From Acidobacteriota bacterium (lineage in GTDB: Bacteria; Acidobacteriota; UBA6911; RPQK01; JAJDTT01), in contig CBDCJH010000002.1 of assembly GCA_965217775.1 (NCBI GenBank), positions 448,001 to 512,000 of the forward strand: 64,000 nucleotides of DNA, read 5' to 3'. The position numbers were made by a program, and so were the translations under genes. The notes below the pieces were generated by a model. The model worked only from the letters and a program-made list of their open reading frames with translations, made no database searches and was not told the DNA's origin. Shown here one piece after another: positions 51,990 through 61,600 of the stretch. Positions within the stretch are counted from its first letter, which is position 1, and each line of letters begins with the position of its first letter.

Positions 51990-53351
51990 GTGAGCCCACG
52001 CTTGGACTTGGTCGAGTCTCTGGCCGAGAAGTATCAGGATCTGCCCCGCGAGGTGGTCTTCAAAGAGGACCTTCTGCGTACGGGAGTTGCATTCTCCCGA
52101 GACGCGCTGGCCATTGCCTCCGGGTACAAGCCCAAGGCGTACTTCATCTTCTCCTTCGATCTGGTGCCCATAACCGAGATGGAGCAGCAGGAGCACCTGC
52201 ATGCGCCCGAGGAGATCTGCCTGACCGGCGGGTCCGGCAACTTCCGGCGAACCATCGTATCGGTCCGGCTGAACCCCGGGTCTCCCTACTGCGTCGACTG
52301 CTCTCCGGATGGGAGGATGGTCCTGTTGCTGGAAGGGGTGGAGGTGTGCGGCGTGGAGTTTCCGTCGGTTCCCGAGTACTACAAGTCCACTCTGGCCAGC
52401 GGCAAGCCCATCACCGACATCGCTCCCAGCATTGAATGGGGTTATCTCCTCTATCTCACCGTCTTCCGGATCTGCCAATACTTCGGCCGCAAGGTCGAAT
52501 GCCAGTTCTGCGACATCAACGAGAACTATCGGCAACAGCGGAAATCGGGCCGCTCCTATACCGGAGTGAAGACGGTTGAGGAGATTCTGGAGGCGCTCGA
52601 GATCATTCAGGACACCGATTCGATCAGCAAGGCGTATACGGTAACCGGGGGCAGCATCACCTCCCGGCTGGACGGTCAGGAAGAGATCGACTTTTACCTC
52701 CGGTACCCGGAAGCCATCGAAGAGCGCTTTCCGGGACGGTGGTTGGGCAAGGTGGTGGTCCAGGCGCTGCCCCGGGAGTCGGTGCGCCGCTTCAAGGACG
52801 CCGGCGTCCGGATCTACCATCCCAACTACGAAGTCTGGGACGCCAGGCTCTTCGAGATCATCTGTCCGGGAAAGGCCCGGTACATCGGCCGGGACGAGTG
52901 GATTCGGCGGATCCTGGACGCGGCCCAGGTGTTCGGGCCGTCCTACGTGATCCCCAACTTCGTTGCCGGAATCGAGATGGCGCAGCCGGCCGGATTCACC
53001 AGCGTCGAGGAGGCGCTGGTTTCCACCGGTGAGGGTCTCGACTTCTTCATGAGCCGAGGCGTGGTCCCACGCTTTACGACCTGGTGTCCCGAACCTCTGA
53101 GCCTTCTGGGGAAGTCCAATCCCGGCGGGGCGCCCCTCGAATATCACCTGGGGCTGCTGAGAGTCTGGCGGGATACCCACGAACGCTACCGGCTCCCGGT
53201 CCCCCCAGGTTACGGGAAACCGGGCATCGGCAACGCCGTCTTCTCCGTCTCTTCCTTCATGGACGTCATTCGCGACGCCCCTGCGGTCCGATCCCTCGAT
53301 TCTCCGAATGGGAAGGGGAAACCAGTGCGAGCAGACTCCTCAGGAGCTTGA
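51990..53351 (+). CDS. Uncharacterised radical SAM protein
   Basis: CQYFGRKVECQFC (CX8CX2C), VTGG, biotin-synthase-like barrel features. Confidence 0.8.
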   Translation: MSPRLDLVESLAEKYQDLPREVVFKEDLLRTGVAFSRDALAIASGYKPKAYFIFSFDLVPITEMEQQEHLHAPEEICLTGGSGNFRRTIVSVRLNPGSPYCVDCSPDGRMVLLLEGVEVCGVEFPSVPEYYKSTLASGKPITDIAPSIEWGYLLYLTVFRICQYFGRKVECQFCDINENYRQQRKSGRSYTGVKTVEEILEALEIIQDTDSISKAYTVTGGSITSRLDGQEEIDFYLRYPEAIEERFPGRWLGKVVVQALPRESVRRFKDAGVRIYHPNYEVWDARLFEIICPGKARYIGRDEWIRRILDAAQVFGPSYVIPNFVAGIEMAQPAGFTSVEEALVSTGEGLDFFMSRGVVPRFTTWCPEPLSLLGKSNPGGAPLEYHLGLLRVWRDTHERYRLPVPPGYGKPGIGNAVFSVSSFMDVIRDAPAVRSLDSPNGKGKPVRADSSGA

Positions 53352-54012
53352 CGTCCTCCTTTTCCAACTGAGCACGTCCCAAGATTCGGTTCAAACGGGC
53401 CAGGATCCGCTGCCGGGACAGATGTGGGGGGAGGCCGGACGATGCGAGGACCGCCTCCAGGTGAGCGATCAGGGACTGGAGTTCGGCGGGTTCGGCAAGG
53501 TGGAGAAATTGCATGTCCGCCGGCTCCCGAGACGCCAAGTGGAGGTCGTAGGCCACGACACCCACCGCCTGAGCCAGATTCAGGACCGGATACTCCCCTG
53601 CCGTGGGGATTTCCACCAGCCATTCACAGAGCCGAAGCTCCTCCTTCGACAGACCGTTGTCTTCGGGTCCGAAAACGATGCCCAGCGGTCCGGACCGGAA
53701 TCGGGGGATCAGTTCACTCGCCAGGGTGCGGCTGCTGATGCGGCGTTTTCCCGATTTCGGCGATCTCGCCGTGGTCCCCACCAGAAGCCGAATCTGTCGT
53801 CTGGCCTCGCGCAGGGAGGGGTAGTAGACGGCGTCGTCCACCAAAGGGGCGCCCTTCATGGCCAGCATGCGGGCCTCGGCCCCGACTTCGCACCGGGGCC
53901 GGATCAAGACCAGGCGGCCGAAACCCATGTTTTTCAGGACTCGGGCCGCTGCTCCCAGATTGGAGGCGAACTGGGTCCGGACCAGGATGAAATGGAGATG
54001 GTCCTTGGGCAT
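53266..54012 (-). CDS. trmJ: TrmJ/LasT SPOUT RNA methyltransferase
   Basis: NLGAAAR..KNMG, VFGPEDNGLS, LNLAQAV. Confidence 0.9.
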   Translation of the reverse strand: MPKDHLHFILVRTQFASNLGAAARVLKNMGFGRLVLIRPRCEVGAEARMLAMKGAPLVDDAVYYPSLREARRQIRLLVGTTARSPKSGKRRISSRTLASELIPRFRSGPLGIVFGPEDNGLSKEELRLCEWLVEIPTAGEYPVLNLAQAVGVVAYDLHLASREPADMQFLHLAEPAELQSLIAHLEAVLASSGLPPHLSRQRILARLNRILGRAQLEKEDVKLLRSLLALVSPSHSENRGIGPQGRRE

Positions 54013-54205
54013 CTTGGCCCGAAAGTCTACAACAAAGAAGAATGCGCATTCCGAGGGTTGAATCGCATTGACATGGGTGGGGTATTGGATGATGATATGC
54101 GCCCTGAAACTGTCGAGTGTTTCAGACCATTCGTGACCATGCTTTGTCTTGGTAGTTTGTTAGAATGATTGCGCGTTTGGCGGGGAGAGGCTGCCCCCGG
54201 TTTCG

Positions 54206-56059
54206 GTGGAGATAACATTGGCCATCGCACAGACCCAAACCTTCGTCCCCCAGCAGGACGGCGTCCGGACCAGCGTGGTGAACGACCTCAGCATTCAGGT
54301 CGCCACGGTAAACGGTTCCGGAAGCCAGAGCTCCAACAACGTGCTGATGCGGTCCATCTTCCAGATGGGCATTCCCACCAGCGGCAAGAACCTTTTCCCC
54401 TCCAACATCGCGGGGCTGCCCACGTGGTTCACTATCCGCGCATCCCAACGGGGCTACGTCGGTTGCAAGCGGGAAGTGGACATCCTGATCGCGATGAACC
54501 CGCAGACATCCCGTGAGGACGTGGAAACCCTGGACCCGGGTCGAGTGGTGCTCTACGAAGAGCGGCTCAAGCTGTCGGGCCTCCGGGATGACTTGATCTA
54601 CTATCCCATTCCGTTCAGCAAGTTGGCGGCGGAGGTGGTTCGGATTCCCAGGCTGCGCAAGTTGGTCGCGAACATGGCCTACGTGGGCGCCGTGGCCGAG
54701 TTCCTGGGCATCGAGATGGAACAGGTGGAGGTGGCGATTGCCAAGTGGTTCAAGAAGAAGCGGAAAGCCATCGATCTGAACATTCGGATCGCCCACATGG
54801 GGGCTCAGTACGTCAAGGATCACCATCCGAAGCGCGATCCGTACCGGCTGGAAAGGATGGACAAGACCCAAGGCAAGATCATCATCGACGGGAACTCGGC
54901 CTGCGCCCTTGGCGCCATGTTCGGTGGAGTGACCGTAGTGACGTGGTATCCCATCACACCGGCCAGCAGTCTTGGGGAAGCTCTCACCCATTATCTGCAG
55001 CAGTATCGAACCGACCCCGAGACGGGGAAAGCGACATATGCAGTGGTCCAGGCCGAGGATGAGTTGGCGGCCCTGGGTATGGCGATCGGGGCAGGATGGT
55101 CCGGCGCCAGATCCATGACCTCGACCTCGGGTCCGGGTATTTCATTGATGGGCGAATTTACGGGACTGGCCTATTTTGCCGAGATCCCGTGTGTCATTTT
55201 CGACGTTCAGAGGGTCGGGCCCAGCACCGGCCTGCCGACACGCACCGCGCAGGGCGACATACTGGCGCTGCACAGCCTTTCGCACGGGGATACGGCTCAT
55301 CCGGTCCTGCTGCCCGGGGACATGGAGGAGTGTTTCGAGATGTCCCGGCAGGCTTTCGATTTGGCCGAGCGGCTGCAGCAGCCGGTGTTCGTCGGATCGG
55401 ATCTGGATTTGGGCATGAACAACTGGATGTGCGATCCTTTCGAATATCCCACCGAGCCACCGGACCGGGGCAAGGTCCTCACGGCAGCCGACTTGGAGCG
55501 GGTTGGGGAATTCGCCCGTTACCGCGACTTGGACGGGGACGGGATTCCCTATCGCACGTTACCGGGTACGGAGCATCCCCTGGCCTCCTATTTCACCCGA
55601 GGCAGCGGACACAACGACGCCGCCGGTTACAGTGAGCGGCCCGAGGACTACGTCCAGCTCATGGACCGCCTGAAGCGAAAATACGAAACGGCGAGGGACC
55701 TGGTGCCGCAGCCTGTGATCGAGTTGCGAGACGAGGCTGTGATCGGGATCATCGCCTACGGGTCGTCGGACTCGGCCATGGGGGAATGCCGGGACCAACT
55801 CCGGGAAGAGTACGGGATCGAGATCAACTATCTCCGGCTTCGAGCCTTGCCGTTGAGCGCGGCTCTGAAGGACTTCGTCGCCGCTTGCCGCCGGGTCTAC
55901 GTCGTCGAGCAGAATCGGGACGGCCAGATGGCCGATCTGATCCGGCTGGAGCTCGGCGCGGAGGGGACCAAGATTCGAAAAATCTGTCACTATACCGGAC
56001 TTCCGCTGGATGCACGCTTCGTCACCGACCAGGTGATAGCCTTGGAGCGTCCATACTGA
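54206..56059 (+). CDS. korA: 2-oxoacid:ferredoxin oxidoreductase alpha subunit
   Basis: YPITP, QAEDE, TSGPG, QRVGPSTGLPT. Confidence 0.9.
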   Translation: MEITLAIAQTQTFVPQQDGVRTSVVNDLSIQVATVNGSGSQSSNNVLMRSIFQMGIPTSGKNLFPSNIAGLPTWFTIRASQRGYVGCKREVDILIAMNPQTSREDVETLDPGRVVLYEERLKLSGLRDDLIYYPIPFSKLAAEVVRIPRLRKLVANMAYVGAVAEFLGIEMEQVEVAIAKWFKKKRKAIDLNIRIAHMGAQYVKDHHPKRDPYRLERMDKTQGKIIIDGNSACALGAMFGGVTVVTWYPITPASSLGEALTHYLQQYRTDPETGKATYAVVQAEDELAALGMAIGAGWSGARSMTSTSGPGISLMGEFTGLAYFAEIPCVIFDVQRVGPSTGLPTRTAQGDILALHSLSHGDTAHPVLLPGDMEECFEMSRQAFDLAERLQQPVFVGSDLDLGMNNWMCDPFEYPTEPPDRGKVLTAADLERVGEFARYRDLDGDGIPYRTLPGTEHPLASYFTRGSGHNDAAGYSERPEDYVQLMDRLKRKYETARDLVPQPVIELRDEAVIGIIAYGSSDSAMGECRDQLREEYGIEINYLRLRALPLSAALKDFVAACRRVYVVEQNRDGQMADLIRLELGAEGTKIRKICHYTGLPLDARFVTDQVIALERPY

Positions 56060-56075
56060 ATTCACGATTCACGCC

Positions 56076-57140
56076 ATGGCTGTACGTACAAGAAGGGTGC
56101 CAAAGAAAAGAAGGGCGCCAAAGAAAACAAATCGAATCGGGTTAGCTCGTTCCGCCTATCGAGGTCACCCATCGACGCTGTGTTCCGGGTGTGGCCACGA
56201 CGCCATCACCAATCAGATCATCCGGGCGTTTTACGAGCTCGGCGTCAACCCCTACGCCGTGGCCAAGATGAGCGGTATCGGCTGCTCCAGCAAGACGCCG
56301 GCCTATTTCATGAACGCGTCGCATGGCTTCAACAGCGTCCACGGACGCATGCCTTCGGTGGCCACGGGAACCATGTTGGCGAATCGTGGTCTGGTCTGCA
56401 TCGGGGTGAGCGGAGACGGGGACACGGCCTCGATCGGGCTGGGCCAGTTCTGTCATCTGCTGCGGCGCAATGTGCCCATGATCTACGTCATCGAGAACAA
56501 CGGCGTCTACGGTCTCACCAAGGGCCAGTTTTCGGCGACCGCCGACGACGGCTCGACGCTCAAGACCGGTGTGGTCAACGAGTTGCCGGCCATGGACTGC
56601 TGTTCGCTGGCGATCGAGATGGGATGCTCCTACGTGGCCCGTTCCTTTGCCGGAGACCCCAAGCAGCTGGTGGCGCTGTTGAAGGGGGCGCTCAGCCACA
56701 GCGGAACCGCCATGCTCGACGTGATCAGCCCCTGTGTGACCTTCAACAACCATCCCGGGTCGACCAAGAGTTACTCGTGGGCCAAAGAACACGAGGAGTT
56801 GCTGCACCAGATCGACTTCATCCCCGGCTTCGAGCCCATCGCCGCGGTGGATTATCCGGAAGGCGAAGCCTTGGACGTGGAGATGCATGACGGGTCCGTC
56901 ATCCGGCTGCGCAAGGTGGACATGGACTACGACCCCATGAATCGCCGGGAGGCCGTAAGGGTGCTCCACAGCTCCGCCGCTGCGTCGGAGCTGCTGACCG
57001 GTCTGATCTATGTCAATCCGGTGGCCAAGTCGTTCCTGGATACCCTGAACCTGTGTGACGAACCTCTGGTGTCGCTGCCCCACGAGAAGGTCAAGCCGGG
57101 TCCGGAGGTCCTGGAACAGGTCATGCAGGACCTGATGTAG
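56076..57140 (+). CDS. korB: 2-oxoacid:ferredoxin oxidoreductase beta subunit
   Basis: LCSGCGH, SGIGCSS, GDGD, NNGVYGLTKGQ. Confidence 0.92.
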   Translation: MAVRTRRVPKKRRAPKKTNRIGLARSAYRGHPSTLCSGCGHDAITNQIIRAFYELGVNPYAVAKMSGIGCSSKTPAYFMNASHGFNSVHGRMPSVATGTMLANRGLVCIGVSGDGDTASIGLGQFCHLLRRNVPMIYVIENNGVYGLTKGQFSATADDGSTLKTGVVNELPAMDCCSLAIEMGCSYVARSFAGDPKQLVALLKGALSHSGTAMLDVISPCVTFNNHPGSTKSYSWAKEHEELLHQIDFIPGFEPIAAVDYPEGEALDVEMHDGSVIRLRKVDMDYDPMNRREAVRVLHSSAAASELLTGLIYVNPVAKSFLDTLNLCDEPLVSLPHEKVKPGPEVLEQVMQDLM

Positions 57141-57425
57141 TCTTTCGTTCTGGTGATCGGGCCGCCGCGCGGTTCCTGACTCTCGGGTTCCGCCCCGATC
57201 TATCCCCCCAATCGTCGGTCCAGACCCGGCGAGTTCCCTCCGACAAAAGGTCAGAGTCGAGCGAGGTCCCGTCGATATTCCACAGCTCGGGAGGCACCTC
57301 TGTGGAAAACTTGTGGAAAACTATTTTGGATACCCAAGAGGAGCTGTCGGGTATCGGTTCGGGACGGCGAGCGCCGCATCATGAAGCCACTCGCATTTCG
57401 GGGGGGGGGGGGCTCTTTGTAATAT

Positions 57426-57445
57426 TGTGTTAACATGTTAATACA
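57426..57445. promoter_or_regulatory. Palindromic operator of the TrpR-like regulator/his operon
   Basis: TGTGTTAACA|TGTTAATACA directly after TAATAT (57420-57425), overlapping the ATG. Confidence 0.7.
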
Positions 57446-57759
57446 TGGAACGGGTATTGGAAGAGAACGAGGCTCTCTGGGAGCTTTTCGATGCCATGTC
57501 CCGGTTGCAGGGCAGGGAAGAGTACGCCCTCTTCTTTCGGGATCTCTGTACCATGGGGGAGCTCAAGGCCATGGCCGAACGCTGGCAAGTGGCCCAGTTG
57601 GTGGCGCGGGAGATCCCCTATCGAGAGATCCATCGGATCACGGGAGTCAGCACGGCGACCATCACCCGGGTCGCCCACTGGCTTCGATACGGCGAAGGCG
57701 GATATCGGCTCATGATCCGGCGGTTGGCTGCCGTCGAGTCGCCGCCGGCGGCGTCCTGA
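57445..57759 (+). CDS. YerC/YecD family TrpR-related regulator
   Basis: FFRDLCT..E...MAERWQVA, GVSTATITRVA. Confidence 0.92.
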   Translation: MERVLEENEALWELFDAMSRLQGREEYALFFRDLCTMGELKAMAERWQVAQLVAREIPYREIHRITGVSTATITRVAHWLRYGEGGYRLMIRRLAAVESPPAAS

Positions 57760-57789
57760 CTCCGCGGAGCCCTGGCGCGATCTGGAACG

Positions 57790-59127
57790 ATGGCTGAGCG
57801 TAGGTGCGCAGAGATGGAGGTTTACGACTACTCACGACTGTCCGAGGCCCAGCTCTCGGACCTGTGTCGCCGCAATCCGGTGGGTGATCCGGAGCTATTG
57901 AAGGTCTGTAGCCGGATATTCTCGACGGTCGAGGAGAAAGGCGACGACGCAGTCCGGGAGTACACCCGCCGGTTCGACGGAGCGGAGATCGGGGAGTCCC
58001 GCATCTCGAGGACCGAATTCGAATCGGCCCTGGGGGAAGTGTCTCCGGCTCGACTGGAGGCCCTGGAACGGGCGGCGTCCAACATTCGGAAATTTCACGC
58101 CGTCCAGGGTCTGAGGGAAGGCTTTCTGGAAGTGGAGCCCGGAATCGTCTGCTGGCGGGAGCAACGGCCCATCGAATCGGTGGGCCTCTATGTGCCGGGT
58201 GGAACGGCCGTCCTCCCTTCCACCGTCCTGATGCTGGGAGTCCCTGCGGTGTTGGCCGGTTGTCCGCGAGTGGCCCTCTGCACGCCGCCACGGCGCGACG
58301 GGTCGGTGACTCCCGAGGTTCTGGCGGCCGCGTCCATCGCCGGGATCCGTGAGGTGTTCCGGATCGGGGGCGCCCAGGCCATCGCGGCCCTCTGCGTCGG
58401 CACCTCTTCGGTGCCCCGGGTGGACAAGATCCTGGGACCCGGCAGCCCCGTGGTTCAGACGGCCAAGCTGTTGGCCCAGCAGCGGGGAACGGCCATCGAC
58501 ATGGTGGCCGGTCCCAGTGAAGTCCTGGTGGTGGCGGACGATACGGCTCGACCCGACTTCGTGGCTGCAGACCTCATCTCCCAGGCCGAGCATGGAGCGG
58601 ACAGCGTGGCCATTCTGGTCTCGCCTTCGCGTGAGCTGATCGATCGAGTCGACCGGGAGTTGGAACTCCGGCTGCAGGACCTCCCGCGGCGTCCTCTGGC
58701 GGTGGAAGCCCTGGGATCCGGTTTCTCTCTCCGGACCTCGTCCCTGGATGAGGCGTTGGAGTTCACCAATCGGTACGCGCCGGAGCACCTCATCCTTCAG
58801 CTTCGGGAACCGAAGCGATGGGCAGCCCGGGTACAATCCGCCGGTTCCGTCTTCCTGGGCCCCTGGTCACCCGAGGTCGCGGGGGATTACGCCTCGGGGA
58901 CCAACCACACGCTGCCCACGTCGGGTCTGGCCCGGAGTTTTTCGGGAGTTTCCCTGGACAGTTTCGTGAAGAAGATCACGTTCCAGGAGTTGAGCCGGGA
59001 AGGACTTCGGTCCCTGGCTCCCACCTTGGAGGTGATGGCCGAGTTGGAACAGTTGGAGGGACATCGGCGAGCGGTCGAGGTACGGATTCGTCGTGAGGAC
59101 GCCGGACCGGTTCCGGCGGGAGACTGA
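57790..59127 (+). CDS. hisD: Histidinol dehydrogenase
   Basis: GLYVPGG, AGPSE, DLISQAEH, APEHL, GDYASGTNHTLPT. Confidence 0.97.
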   Translation: MAERRCAEMEVYDYSRLSEAQLSDLCRRNPVGDPELLKVCSRIFSTVEEKGDDAVREYTRRFDGAEIGESRISRTEFESALGEVSPARLEALERAASNIRKFHAVQGLREGFLEVEPGIVCWREQRPIESVGLYVPGGTAVLPSTVLMLGVPAVLAGCPRVALCTPPRRDGSVTPEVLAAASIAGIREVFRIGGAQAIAALCVGTSSVPRVDKILGPGSPVVQTAKLLAQQRGTAIDMVAGPSEVLVVADDTARPDFVAADLISQAEHGADSVAILVSPSRELIDRVDRELELRLQDLPRRPLAVEALGSGFSLRTSSLDEALEFTNRYAPEHLILQLREPKRWAARVQSAGSVFLGPWSPEVAGDYASGTNHTLPTSGLARSFSGVSLDSFVKKITFQELSREGLRSLAPTLEVMAELEQLEGHRRAVEVRIRREDAGPVPAGD

Positions 59128-59128
59128 A

Positions 59129-60172
59129 ATGAAGGTACGCGAACTGGTGAGACGGAATATCCTGGAGCTCAAGGCCTACCGGTCGGCCCGCGACGAGGTG
59201 CAGGAGGGTGTTCTGCTGGACGCCAACGAGAGTCCTTTCCCAGTCGACTGGCGGGGGATCCAGTTGAACCGCTATCCGGATCCCAATCAGGCCGGGCTGA
59301 GGGAAGCGCTGGCGGCATACGTCGGCCGCCGGCCCGAGCAAGTGGTTGCAGGTAACGGATCAGACGAGGTGCTGGACTGGATCTTCAAGATTTTCTGCCA
59401 ACCCGGCCGGGATCAGGTGGCCGTCGTCGAGCCCACCTACGGGATGTACCGGGTCATGGCGCAGACTTTCGGAGTCACCCTTTTCGAGTCCCGCCTGGAC
59501 CGGAACCAAGGTCTCGACGCAGACGCTTTCCTGGAGGCTGTGCCCGCTTCGGTTAAGGTCGCGTTTCTCTGTTCTCCCAACAATCCGACGGGTGACGTGC
59601 TGGCAACGGAGCAGATCTTGAAGCTGTGCCGGGAATGGAAGGGCATCGTGGTGCTGGACGAAGCTTACGTGGAGTTTTCCGAGACCCCGTCTCTGGTCTC
59701 CCAGGTGGAGGCGTTTCCCAACCTGGTGGTGATGAGGACCCTGTCGAAGGCTTTTGGCCGGGCGGGCCTGAGGCTGGGATACGCAGTGGCGAGTCCCCTG
59801 GTGACGTCTTTTTTCCTGAAGGTCAAGGCGCCCTACAATCTCAGCTCGCTGGTGATGCAGAAGGGCCTGGAGGCCCTGGAGGGTTGGGAACGCCACCGCC
59901 CAACGTGGCTCCGGATCCGAGGGGAGCGGGAGCGGTTGTCTCGAGAACTCGCTTCGTTGCCGGGCCTGGGACGAGTCTTTCCGTCTCAGAGCAATTTTGT
60001 CCTTTTCGACTGCCCCCGGGCCGGCACCGTCTGCAGGAAACTGCGGGAGAGGGGTATCGTGGTCCGGGACCGTAGCGATCTGCCCGGGTTGTCCGAGTGC
60101 ATCCGAGTCAGCGTCGGCACTCCGGAGGAGAACGATCTGTTTCTGAGAGAGTTGCGTCGAGTTCTCACCTGA
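59129..60172 (+). CDS. hisC: Histidinol-phosphate aminotransferase
   Basis: LDANESP, GNGSDE, PNNPTG, DEAY, RTLSKAFG. Confidence 0.97.
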   Translation: MKVRELVRRNILELKAYRSARDEVQEGVLLDANESPFPVDWRGIQLNRYPDPNQAGLREALAAYVGRRPEQVVAGNGSDEVLDWIFKIFCQPGRDQVAVVEPTYGMYRVMAQTFGVTLFESRLDRNQGLDADAFLEAVPASVKVAFLCSPNNPTGDVLATEQILKLCREWKGIVVLDEAYVEFSETPSLVSQVEAFPNLVVMRTLSKAFGRAGLRLGYAVASPLVTSFFLKVKAPYNLSSLVMQKGLEALEGWERHRPTWLRIRGERERLSRELASLPGLGRVFPSQSNFVLFDCPRAGTVCRKLRERGIVVRDRSDLPGLSECIRVSVGTPEENDLFLRELRRVLT

Positions 60173-60213
60173 GTGTCCAGTCGTTCTCAGGGATCAACAG
60201 CGGGGAAGAAACG

Positions 60214-60807
60214 GTGAAGAGAACAGCATTGGTCGATCGAAAAACCAAAGAAACCCAGGTTCGGATCGAGCTGAATCTGGACGGCCGGGGCCGCTACTCG
60301 GCCCAGTTGCAGACCGGCTTCTTCAGCCACATGCTGGAACTATTGGCCTTGCACTCTGCAATGGATCTTCGGGTCCAGGGCGACGGGGACCTGCAGGTCG
60401 ACGACCATCACCTGATCGAGGACGTGGGGATCGTCCTGGGACAGGCGTTGAAGCAGGCCCTGGGGGAGAAGCGGGGGATCCGCCGCTATGGATGGACGCT
60501 ACTGCCCATGGACGAGGTTCTGGTGGCGGTGGCGCTGGATCTGGGAGGGCGTTTCGCCTTCCATTCCGACTACCGTCCCGTAAGAGAGAAGGTGGGAGAC
60601 CTGGCCACCGAAATGGCGCCGCATTTCTTCCGGTCTCTCGCCGTCGAGGTGGGCGCCAATCTCCACTTTCAATTCCTCAATCCGGGAGAGAACGAGCACC
60701 ATCGAATCGAGGCCATGTTCAAGGGTTTCGGCCGCGCGCTACGCACTGCCGTCAGTCTCGATCCGGAAGCCGCAGGGAAGATTCCCTCGACCAAGGGAAG
60801 CCTGTGA
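60214..60807 (+). CDS. hisB: Imidazoleglycerol-phosphate dehydratase
   Basis: RKTKET, DDHHLIED, PMDE, NEHHRIEAMFK, PSTKG. Confidence 0.97.
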   Translation: MKRTALVDRKTKETQVRIELNLDGRGRYSAQLQTGFFSHMLELLALHSAMDLRVQGDGDLQVDDHHLIEDVGIVLGQALKQALGEKRGIRRYGWTLLPMDEVLVAVALDLGGRFAFHSDYRPVREKVGDLATEMAPHFFRSLAVEVGANLHFQFLNPGENEHHRIEAMFKGFGRALRTAVSLDPEAAGKIPSTKGSL

Positions 60808-60816
60808 GGGTCATAT

Positions 60817-60974
60817 CAGCTCGTGGCAAAAGTCGTCACGGCATTCGACCGGGTCTGCATCCCGGCGGACTGCGTTGCTCCTCGGTCACATACTCCCGGT
60901 ATGCTCCCTCTGAGCGCCTTGTCCGGCGGGCGCAGCCCCGGTCTCGGTGCTCGCGAGACTTTCACCAAGGACTG
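60817..60974 (+). mobile_element. MITE family A copy between hisB and hisH
   Basis: Same body; ends 2 nt before the hisH ATG. Confidence 0.9.
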
Positions 60975-60976
60975 AA

Positions 60977-61600
60977 ATGATCGTCGTCGTGGATTACAAA
61001 GCGGGAAATCTTTACAACGTGGGCAATGCCTTGGCCCATCTGGGCGTGGACTTCGTCTTCTCCGGGGATCCTGAGCGCGTCGCAAGGGCCTCCAAGGTGA
61101 TCCTTCCCGGAGTGGGATCGGCGCGGGCCGCCATGGATTCCTTGCGGGAGCAGGGACTGATCCCGGTCATTCAAGGACTCCAGGTTCCGTTCCTGGGGAT
61201 CTGCCTGGGTCTGCAGATCCTATTCGACGGTTCCGACGAAGAGGACACTCCCTGCCTGGGTGTCATGGACGGTCGAGTCAGAAGCTTCGACGATTCCAGG
61301 GTCAAGGTGCCTCATATCGGATGGAACCAGATCCGGCGCAGCCGTTCACTTCCGGCACAAGCGAGAGCGGGGAAGTTGCTCGACGGCATCCCCGACGGTT
61401 CCTACTTCTATTTCGTGCACAGCTACTACGCTGCTTCCGGCTCGGCCGAGACGGTGACGGTCACCGACTATGCCAGTTCCTTCGCCTCCATGGTGTCCCG
61501 GAAGAATTTCTGGGGCGTCCAGTTCCATCCGGAGCGTTCCGGCGAGCCGGGGCTCCGCGTGCTCAAGAACTTCGTCGGGGTGGATGATCCATGCTCGTGA
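60977..61600 (+). CDS. hisH: Imidazole glycerol phosphate synthase glutaminase subunit
   Basis: LPGVG, GICLG, VPHIGWN, YFVHSY, QFHPE. Confidence 0.97.
   Translation: MIVVVDYKAGNLYNVGNALAHLGVDFVFSGDPERVARASKVILPGVGSARAAMDSLREQGLIPVIQGLQVPFLGICLGLQILFDGSDEEDTPCLGVMDGRVRSFDDSRVKVPHIGWNQIRRSRSLPAQARAGKLLDGIPDGSYFYFVHSYYAASGSAETVTVTDYASSFASMVSRKNFWGVQFHPERSGEPGLRVLKNFVGVDDPCS

Noticed and set aside
57141-57425. oriC, tRNA or his attenuator
   Set aside because: No cloverleaf, no His-rich leader peptide, and no DUE or dnaA/dnaN context; only DnaA-like boxes were noted.
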